Of a stretch of 64,000 nt of DNA, positions 54,301 through 64,000 are shown piece by piece. Source of the stretch: Azolla caroliniana (Eukaryota > Plantae > Polypodiophyta). Below the pieces are notes generated by a model. It did no database searches. It was not told the DNA's origin and saw only the letters and a program-made list of their open reading frames with translations. Positions within the stretch are counted from its first letter, which is position 1. The number at the start of each line of letters is the position of its first letter. A program made the position numbers and the translations under genes. The stretch is taken from contig JBHGNT010000063.1 in NCBI GenBank assembly GCA_043228905.1, positions 62,001-126,000 of the forward strand, given 5' to 3'.

Positions 54301-57200
54301 ATTAAAATGTTCATACCTGGCTCGTGTGATATCGGATTTTTGTGTTCAAACATGCAAATCGAAGCTAACAACGCTAGGTATGATATGGAATTAAAAAATC
54401 AAGATTTTGAAACTCAAGTCGAGAGACATGACGAAATTACCAAATTTGAGGAGTGAGTTGAGAAGAGCCCTTGAGTAAATTAAAATGTTCATACCTGGCT
54501 CGTGTGATATCGGAATTTTGTGTTCAAACATGCAAATCGAAGCTAACAACGCTAGCGATGATATGGAATTAAAAAATCAAGATTTTGAAACTCAGGTCGA
54601 GAGACGTGACGAAATTACCAAATTTGAGGAGTGAGTTGAGAACAGCCCTTGAGTAAATTAAAATGTTCATACATGGGTCGTGTAATATCGGATTTTTGTG
54701 TTCAAACATGCGAATCGAAGCTAACACTTCTAGCTATGATATGGAATTAAAAAACCAAGATTTTGAAACTCAGGTCGAGAGACATGACGAAATTACCAAA
54801 TCTGAGGAGTAAGTTCAGAACAGCCCATGAGTAAATTAAAATGTTCATACCTGGCTCGTGTGATATCGGATTTTTGTGTTCAAACATGCAAATCGAAGCT
54901 AACAACGCTAGCTATGATATGGAATTAAAAAATCAAGATTTTGAAACTCAGGTCGAGAGACATGACGAAATTACCAAATTTGAGGAGTGAGTTGAGAAGA
55001 GCCCTTGAGTAAATTAAAATGTTCATACCTGGCTCGTGTAATATCGGATTTTTGTGTTCAAACATGCAAATCGAAGCTAACAACGCTAGGTATGATATGG
55101 AATTAAAAAATCAAGATTTCGAAACTCAGGTCAAGAGACATGACGAAATTACCAAATTTGAGGAGTGAGTTGAGAAGAGCTAGTAAGTAAATTTAAATGT
55201 TCATACTTGGCTCGTGTGATATTGGATTTTTGTGTTCAAACATGCGAATCGAAGCTAACAACGATAGCTATGATATGGAATTAAAAAATCAAGATTTTGA
55301 AACTCAAGTCGAGAGACATGACGAAATTACCAAGTTTGAGGAGTGAGTTGAGAAGAGCCCTTGAGTAAATTAAAATGTTCATACCTGGCTCGTGTGATAT
55401 CGGAATTTTGTGTTCAAACATGCAAATCGAAGCCAACAACGCGAGCTATGACATGGAATTAAAAAATCAATATTTTGAAACTCAGGTCGAGAGACATGAC
55501 GAAATTACCAAATTTGAGGAGTGAGTTGAGAACAGCCGTTGAGTAAATTAAAATGTTCATACCTGGCTCGTGTAATATCGGATTTTTGTGTTCAAACATG
55601 CGAATCGAAGCTAACGACGCGAGCTATGATATGGAATTAAAAAATCAAGAATTTGAAACTCAGGTCGAGAGACATGACGAAATTACCAAATTTGAGGAGT
55701 GAGTTGAGAACAGCCCTTGAGTAAATTAAAATGTTCATACCTGGCTCGTGTGATATCGGACATTTGTGTTCAAACATGCAAATCGAAGCTAACAACGCTA
55801 GCTATGATATGGAATTAAAAAATCAAGATTTTGAAACTCAAGTCCAGAGACATGACGAAAATAGCAAACTTGAGGAGGGAGTTGAGAGGAGCCCTTGAGT
55901 TAATTAAAATGTTCATACCTGGCTCATGTGATATCAGATTTTTGTGTTCAAACATGCGAATCGAAGCTAACACTTCTAGCTATGAGATGGAATTAAAAAA
56001 TCAAGATTTTGAAACTCAGGTCGAGAGACTTGACGAAATTACCAAATCTCAGGAGTGAGTTCAGAACAGCCCTTGAGTAAATTAAAATGTTCATACCTGG
56101 CTCGTGTGATATCGGAATTTTGTGTTCAAACATGCAAATCGAAGCTAACAACGCTAGCTATGATATGGAATTAAAAAATCAAGATTTTGAAACTCAGGTC
56201 GAGAGACATGACGAAATTACCAAATCTGAGGAGTGAGTTCAGAACAGCCCTTGAGTAAATTAAAATGTTCATACCTGGCTCGTGTGATATCGGATTTTTG
56301 TGTTCAAACATGCAAATCGAAGCTAACAACGCTAGGTATGATATGGAATTAAAAAATCAAGATTTTGAAACTCAAGTCGAGAGACATGACGAAATTACCA
56401 AATTTGAGGAGTGAGTTGAGAAGAGCCCTTGAGTAAATTAAAATGTTCATACCGGGCTCGTGTGATATCGGAATTTTGTGTTCAAACATGCAAATCGAAG
56501 CTAACAACGCTAGCGATGATATGGAATTAAAAAATCAAGATTTTGAAACTCAGGTCGAGAGACGTGACGAAATTACCAAATTTGAGGAGTGAGTTGAGAA
56601 CAGCCCTTGAGTAAATTAAAATGTTCATACATGGGTCGTGTAATATCGGATTTTTGTGTTCAAACATGCGAATCGAAGCTAACACTTCTAGCTATGATAT
56701 GGAATTAAAAAACCAAGATTTTGAAACTCAGGTCGAGAGACATGACGAAATTACCAAATCTGAGGAGTAAGTTCAGAACAGCCCATGAGTAAATTAAAAT
56801 GTTCATACCTGGCTCGTGTGATATCGGATTTTTGTGTTCAAACATGCAAATCGAAGCTAACAACGCTAGCTATGATATGGAATTAAAAAATCAAGATTTT
56901 GAAACTCAGGTCGAGAGACATGACGAAATTACCAAATTTGAGGAGTGAGTTGAGAAGAGCCCTTGAGTAAATTAAAATGTTCATACCTGGCTCGTGTAAT
57001 ATCGGATTTTTGTGTTCAAACATGCAAATCGAAGCTAACAACGCTAGGTATGATATGGAATTAAAAAATCAAGATTTCGAAACTCAGGTCAAGAGACATG
57101 ACGAAATTACCAAATTTGAGGAGTGAGTTGAGAAGAGCTAGTAAGTAAATTTAAATGTTCATACTTGGCTCGTGTGATATTGGATTTTTGTGTTCAAACA
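51327..57200. repeat. 11-mer HOR (1958 bp), three near-identical copies
   Basis: ORFs at 51915, 53873 and 55831. The markers TATGACATGG, AACAGCCGTT, CGGACATTT, TATGAGATGG, ACATGGGTCG, GAGTAAGTTC and AGCCCATGAG occur once per 1958 bp. Confidence 0.95.
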
Positions 57201-60200
57201 TGCGAATCGAAGCTAACAACGATAGCTATGATATGGAATTAAAAAATCAAGATTTTGAAACTCAAGTCGAGAGACATGACGAAATTACCAAGTTTGAGGA
57301 GTGAGTTGAGAAGAGCCCTTGAGTAAATTAAAATGTTCATACCTGGCTCGTGTGATATCGGAATTTTGTGTTCAAACATGCAAATCGAAGCTAACAACGC
57401 GAGCTATGACATGGAATTAAAAAATCAAGATTTTGAAACTCAGGTCGAGAGACATGACGAAATTACCAAATTTGAGGAGTGAGTTGAGAACAGCCGTTGA
57501 GTAAATTAAAATGTTCATACCTGGCTCGTGTAATATCGGATTTTTGTGTTCAAACATGCGAATCGAAGCTAACGACGCGAGCTATGATATGGAATTAAAA
57601 AATCAAGAATTTGAAACTCAGGTCGAGAGACATGACGAAATTACCAAATTTGAGGAGTGAGTTGAGAACAGCCCTTGAGTAAATTAAAATGTTCATACCT
57701 GGCTCGTGTGATATCGGACATTTGTGTTCAAACATGCAAATCGAAGCTAACAACGCTAGCTATGATATGGAATTAAAAAATCAAGATTTTGAAACTCAAG
57801 TCCAGAGACATGACGAAAATAGCAAACTTGAGGAGGGAGTTGAGAGGAGCCCTTGAGTTAATTAAAATGTTCATACCTGGCTCCTGTGATATCGGATTTT
57901 TGTGTTCAAACATGCGAATCGAAGCTAACAACGCTAGCTATGATATGGAATTAAAAAATCAAGATTTTGAAACTCAGGTCGAGAGACATGACGAAATTAC
58001 CAAATTTGAGGAGTGAGTTGAGAACAGCTAGTAGGTAAATTTAAATGTTCATACTTGGCTCGTGTGATATCGGATTTTTGTGTTCAAACATGCGAATCGA
58101 AGCTAACAACGATAGCTATGATATGGAATTAAAAAATCAAGATTTTGAAACTCAAGTCGAGAGACATGACGAAATTACCAAATTTGAGGAGTGAGTTGAG
58201 AAGAGCCCTTGACTAAATTAAAATGTTCATACCTGGCTCGTGTGATATCGGAATTTTGTGTTCAAACATGCAAATCGAAGCTAACAACGCTAGCTATGAT
58301 ATGGAATTAAAAAATCAAGATTTTGAAACTCAGGTCGAGAGACATGACGAAATTACCAAATTTGAGGAGTGAGTTGAGAACAGCCCTTGAGTAAATTAAA
58401 ATGTTCATACCTGGCTCATGTAATATCGGATTTTTGTGTTCAAACATGCGAATCGAAGCTAACACTTCTAGCTATGATATGGAATTAAAAAATCAAGATT
58501 TTGAAACTCAGGTCGAGAGACTTGACGAAATTACCAAATCTGAGGAGTGAGTTGAGAACAGCCCTTGAGTAAATTAAAATGTTCATACCTGGCTCGTGTG
58601 ATATCGGATTTTTGTGTTCAAACATGCAAATTGAAGCTAACAACGCTAGCTATGATATGGAATTAAAAAATCAAGAATTTGAAACTCAGGTCGAGAGACA
58701 TGACGAAATTACCAAATCTCAGGAGTGAGTTCAGAACAGCCCTTGAGTAAATTAAAATGTTCATACCTGGCTCGTGTGATATCGGATTTTTGTGTTCAAA
58801 CATGCAAATCGAAGCTAACAACGCTAGCTATGATATGGAATTAAAAAATCAAGATTTTGAAACTCAAGTCCAGAGACATGACGAAAATAGCAAACTTGAG
58901 GAGGGAGTTGAGAGGAGCCCTTGAGTAAATTAAAATGTTCATACCTGGCTCGTGTGATATCGGATTTTTGTGTTCAAACATGCAAATCGAAGCTAACAAC
59001 GCTAGCTATGATATGGAATTAAAAAATCAAGATTTTGAAACTCAGGTCGAGAGACATGACGAAATTACCAAATTTGAGGAGTGAGTTGAGAAGAGTCGTT
59101 GAGTAAATTAAAATGTTCATACCTGGCTCGTGTAATATCGGATTTTTGTGTTCAAACATGCGAATCGAAGCTAACAACGATAGCTATGATATGGAATTAA
59201 AAAATCAAGATTTTGAAACTCAAGTCGAGAGACATGACGAAATTACCAAGTTTGAGGAGTGAGTTGAGAAGAGCCCTTGAGTAAATTAAAATGTTCATAC
59301 CTGGCTCGTGTGATATCGGAATTTTGTGTTCAAACATGCAAATCGAAGCTAACAACGCGAGCTATGACATGGAATTAAAAAATCAAGATTTTGAAACTCA
59401 GGTCGAGAGACATGACGAAATTACCAAATTTGAGGAGTGAGTTGAGAACAGCCGTTGAGTAAATTAAAATGTTCATACCTGGCTCGTGTAATATCGGATT
59501 TTTGTGTTCAAACATGCGAATCGAAGCTAACGACGCGAGCTATGATATGGAATTAAAAAATCAAGATTTTGAAACTCAGGTCGAGAGACATGACGAAATT
59601 ACCAAATTTGAGGAGTGAGTTGAGAACAGCCCTTGAGTAAATTAAAATGTTCATACCTGGCTCGTGTGATATCGGACATTTGTGTTCAAACATGCAAATC
59701 GAAGCTAACAACGCTAGCTATGATATGGAATTAAAAAATCAAGATTTTGAAACTCAAGTCCAGAGACATGACGAAAATAGCAAACTTGAGGAGGGAGTTG
59801 AGAGGAGCCCTTGAGTTAATTAAAATGTTCATACCTGGCTCCTGTGATATCGGATTTTTGTGTTCAAACATGCGAATCGAAGCTAACAACGCTAGCTATG
59901 ATATGGAATTAAAAAATCAAGATTTTGAAACTCAGGTCGAGAGACATGACGAAATTACCAAATTTGAGGAGTGAGTTGAGAAGAGCTAGTAGGTAAATTT
60001 AAATGTTCATACTTGGCTCGTGTGATATCGGATTTTTGTGTTCAAACATGCGAATCGAAGCTAACAACGATAGCTATGATATGGAATTAAAAAATCAAGA
60101 TTTTGAAACTCAAGTCGAGAGACATGACGAAATTACCAAATTTGAGGAGTGAGTTGAGAAGAGCCCTTGACTAAATTAAAATGTTCATACCTGGCTCGTG

Positions 60201-60870
60201 TGATATCGGAATTTTGTGTTCAAACATGCAAATCGAAGCTAACAACGCTAGCTATGATATGGAATTAAAAAATCAAAATTTTGAAACTCAGGTCGAGAGA
60301 CATGACGAAATTACCAAATTTGAGGAGTGAGTTGAGAACAGCCCTTGAGTAAATTAAAATGTTCATACCTGGCTCATGTAATATCGGATTTTTGTGTTCA
60401 AACATGCGAATCGAAGCTAACACTTCTAGCTATGATATGGAATTAAAAAATCAAGATTTTGAAACTCAGGTCGAGAGACTTGACGAAATTACCAAATCTG
60501 AGGAGTGAGTTGAGAACAGCCCTTGAGTAAATTAAAATGTTCATACCTGGCTCGTGTGATATCGGATTTTTGTGTTCAAACATGCAAATTGAAGCTAACA
60601 ACGCTAGCTATGATATGGAATTAAAAAATCAAGAATTTGAAACTCAGGTCGAGAGACATGACGAAATTACCAAATCTCAGGAGTGAGTTCAGAACAGCCC
60701 TTGAGTAAATTAAAATGTTCATACCTGGCTCGTGTGATATCGGATTTTTGTGTTCAAACATGCAAATCGAAGCTAACAACGCTAGCTATGATATGGAATT
60801 AAAAAATCAAGATTTTGAAACTCAAGTCCAGAGACATGACGAAAATAGCAAACTTGAGGAGGGGGTTGAG
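57201..60870. repeat. Second 11-mer HOR type (1958 bp), about 1.9 copies
   Basis: ORFs at 57789 and 59747. GACTAAATT is at 58211 and 60169, and CTCCTGTG, CAAATTGAAG and AATCTCAGG each recur at 1958 bp. Confidence 0.9.
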
Positions 60871-63800
60871 AGGAGCCCTTGAGTTAACTAAAATGTTCAT
60901 ACCTGGCTCGTGTGATATCGGATTTTTGTGTTCAAACATGCAAACCGAAGCTAACAACGCTAGCTATGATATGGAATTAAAAAATCAAGATTTTGAAACT
61001 CAGGTCGAGAGACATGACGAAATTACCAAATTTGAGGAGTGAGTTGAGAAGAGCTAGTAGGTAAATTTAAATGTTCATACTTGGCTCGTGTGATATCGGA
61101 TTTTTGTGTTCAAACATGCGAATCGAAGCTAACAACGATAGCTATGATATGGAATTAAAAAATCAAGATTTTCAAACTCAAGTCGAGAGACATGACGAAA
61201 TTACCAAATTTGAGGAGTGAGTTGAGAAGAGCCCTTGAGTAAATTAAAATGTTCATACCTGGCTCATGTAATATCGGATTTTTGTGTTCAAACATGCGAA
61301 TCGAAGCTAACACTTCTAGCTATGATATGGAATTAAAAAATCAAGATTTTGAAACTCAGGTCGAGAGACTTGACGAAATTACCAAAGCTGAGGAGTGAGT
61401 TCAGAACAGCCCTTGAGTAAATTAAAATGTTCATACCTGGCTCGTGTGATATCGGATTTTTGTGTTCAAACATGCAAATCGAAGCTAACAACGCTAGCTA
61501 TGATATGGAATTAAAAAATCAAGATTTTGAAACTCAAGTCCAGAGACATGACGAAAATAGCAAACTTGAGGAGGGAGTTGAGAGGAGCCCTTGAGTAAAT
61601 TAAAATGTTCATACCTGGCTCGTGTGATATCGGATTTTTGTGTTCAAACATGCAAATCGAAGCTAACAACGCTAGCTATGATATGAAATTAAAAAATCAA
61701 GATTTTGAAACTCAGGTCGAGAGACATGACGAAATTACCAAATTTGAGGAGTGAGTTGAGAAGAGCCCTTGAGTAAATTAAAATGTTCATACCTGGCTCG
61801 TGTGATATCGGAATTTTGTGTTCAAACATGCAAATCGAAGCTAACAACGCTAGGTATGATATGGAATTAAAAAATCAAGATTTTGAAACTCAAGTCGAGA
61901 GACATGACGAAATTACCAAATTTGAGGAGTGAGTTGAGAAGAGCCCTTGAGTAAATTAAAATGTTCATACCTGGCTCGTGTGATATCGAAATTTTGTGTT
62001 CAAACATGCAAATCGAAGCTAACAACGCTAGCTATGATATGGAATTAAAAAATCAAGATTTTGAAACTGAGGTCGAGAGACATGAGGAAATTATCAAATT
62101 TGAGGAGTGAGTTGAGAACAGCCCTTGAGTAAATTAAAATATTCATACCTGGCTCGTGTGATATCGGATTTTTGTGTTCACACATGCGAATCTAAGCTAA
62201 CAACGCTAGCTATGATATGGAATTAAAAAATCAAGATTTTGAAACTCAAGTCGAGAGACATGACGAAATTACCAAATTTGAGGAGTGAGTTGAGAAGAGC
62301 CCTTGAGTAAATTAAAATGTTCATACCTGGCTCGTGTGATATCGGATTTTTGTGTTCAAACATGCATATCGAAGCTAACGACGCGAGCTATGATATAGAA
62401 TTAAAAAATCAAGATTTTGAAACTGAGGGCGAGAGACATGAAGAAATTACCAAATTTGAGGAGTGAGTTGAGAACAGCCCTTGAGTAAATTAAAATATTC
62501 ATACCTGGCTCGTGTGATATCGGATTTTTGTGTTCAAACATGCAAATCGAAGCTAACAACGCTAGCTATGATATGGAATTAAAAAATCAAGATTTTGAAA
62601 CTCAAGTCCAGGGACATGACGAAAATAGTAAACTTGAGGAGGGAGTTGAGAGGAGCCCTTGAGTAAATTAAAATGTTCATACCTGGCTCATGTGATATCG
62701 GATTTTTGTGTTCAAACATGCGAATCGAAGCTAAGAATTCTAGCTATGATATGGAATTAAAAAATCAAGATTTGGAAACTCAGGTCGAGAGACATGACGA
62801 AATTACCACATTTGAGAAGTGAGTTGAGAAGAGCCCTTAAGTAAATTAAAATGTTCATACCTGGCTCGTGTAATATCGGATTTTTGTGTTCAAACATGCA
62901 AATCGAAGCTAACAACGCTAACTATGATATGGAATTAAAAAATCAAGATTTTGAAACTCAGGTCGACAGACATGACGAAATTACCAAATTTTGAGGAGTG
63001 AGTTGAGAAGAGCTAGTAGGTAAATTTAAATGTTCATACCTGGCTTGTGTAATATCGGATTTTTGTGTTCAAACATGCAAATCGAAGCTAACAACGCGAG
63101 CTATGATATGGAATTAAAAAATCAAGATTTTGAAACTTAGGTCGAGAGACATGACGAAAGTACCAAATTTGAGGAGTGAGTTGAGAAGAGCTAGTAGGTA
63201 AATTAAAATGTTCATACCTGGCTCGTGTGATATCGGATTTTTGTGTTCAAACATGCAAATCGAAGCTAACAACGCTAGCTATGATATGGAATTAAAAAAT
63301 CAAGATTTTGAAACTCAGGTCGAGCGACATGACGAAAATAGCAAACTTGAGGAGGGAGTTGAGAGGAGCCCTTGAGTAAATTAAAATGTTCATACCTGGC
63401 TCGTGTGATATCGGATTTTTGTGTTCAAACATGCAAATCGAAGCTAACAACGCTAGCTATGATATGGAATTAAAAAATCAAGATTTTGAAACTCAGGTCG
63501 AGAGACATGATGAAATTACCAAATTTGAGGAGTGAGTTGAGAAGAGCTAGTAGGTAAATTTAAATGTTCATACTTGGCTCGTGTGATATCGGATTTTTGT
63601 GTTCAAACATGCGAATCGAAGCTAACAACGCTAGCTATGATATGGAATTAAAAAATCAAGATTTTGAAACTCAAGTCGAGAGACATGACGAAATTACCAA
63701 ATTTGAGGAGTGAGTTGAGAAGAGCCCTTGAGTAAATTAAAATGTTCATACCTGGCTCGTGTGATATCGGAATTTTGTGTTCAAACATGCAAATCGAAGC

Positions 63801-64000
63801 TAACAACGCGAGCTACGATATGGAATTAAAAAATCAAGATTTTGAAACTCAGGTCGAGAGACATCACGAAATTACCAAATTTGAGGAGTGAGTTGAGAAC
63901 AGCCCTTGAGTAAATTAAAATGTTCATACCTGGCTCGTGTAATATCGGAATTTTGTGTTCAAACATGCAAATCGAAGCTAACAACGCTAGCTATGATATG

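Larger units (their letters stand above)
1..64000. repeat. Tandem satellite DNA array, 178-bp monomer, about 360 head-to-tail copies, running off both window ends
   Basis: Seen in sequence: the motif TGC(A/G)AATCGAAGCTAAC recurs at 1, 179, 357, 535 and so on. ORF-track offsets are multiples of 178 (1958=11x, 3916=22x, 4272=24x, 712=4x, 890=5x). Orientation is the same throughout and I saw no non-satellite sequence. A centromeric or heterochromatic role is inferred from the nucleosome-scale monomer and the homogeneity, and is not proven. Confidence 0.99.

Noticed and set aside
411-61042. Recurrent 75-aa (MKLRSRDMTK...) and 61-aa (MSKLKCSY...) ORFs, plus two 67-aa minus-strand ORFs
   Set aside because: They are translations of about 1.0-1.3 satellite monomers. 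The plus-strand ones start at TTG, and they appear only where a SNP removes a stop codon (for example GAGTAA to GAGTTA or GAGCAA). 178 is not a multiple of 3, so no frame is maintained, and I recognise no protein domain.
1-64000. CRISPR-like or other repeat-spacer array
   Set aside because: There are no unique spacers. The entire 178 bp is repeated and no cas or other genes are present.

Overview
The whole 64-kb window is one uninterrupted head-to-tail tandem satellite array of about 360 copies of a 178-bp monomer (about 36-37% GC by hand count of the consensus). The consensus, read by eye, is TGCAAATCGAAGCTAACAACGCTAGCTATGATATGGAATTAAAAAATCAAGATTTTGAAACTCAGGTCGAGAGACATGACGAAATTACCAAATTTGAGGAGTGAGTTGAGAAGAGCCCTTGAGTAAATTAAAATGTTCATACCTGGCTCGTGTGATATCGGATTTTTGTGTTCAAACA. 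I saw no gene, RNA gene, transposon, inversion or unique spacer. All ORFs in the track are by-products of the repeat, but they are useful phase markers. Monomer length, homogeneity and the CG/CHG mutation pattern suggest a eukaryotic, probably plant, centromeric or heterochromatic satellite. That is inference, and I cannot name the family or species. The interesting content is second-order. (i) There is a mosaic of local higher-order repeats (3-, 4-, 5-, 8-, 11-, 13-, 22- and 24-mers and a ~12-kb super-duplication). (ii) A diverged six-monomer cassette containing a 156-bp deletion monomer has been re-amplified five times at 37.9-46.3 kb. (iii) Many variant bases appear to perfect quasi-palindromes, including one compensatory base-pair swap in a dyad. 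I find no support for a novel protein-coding system. All counts were made by eye and need computational confirmation.
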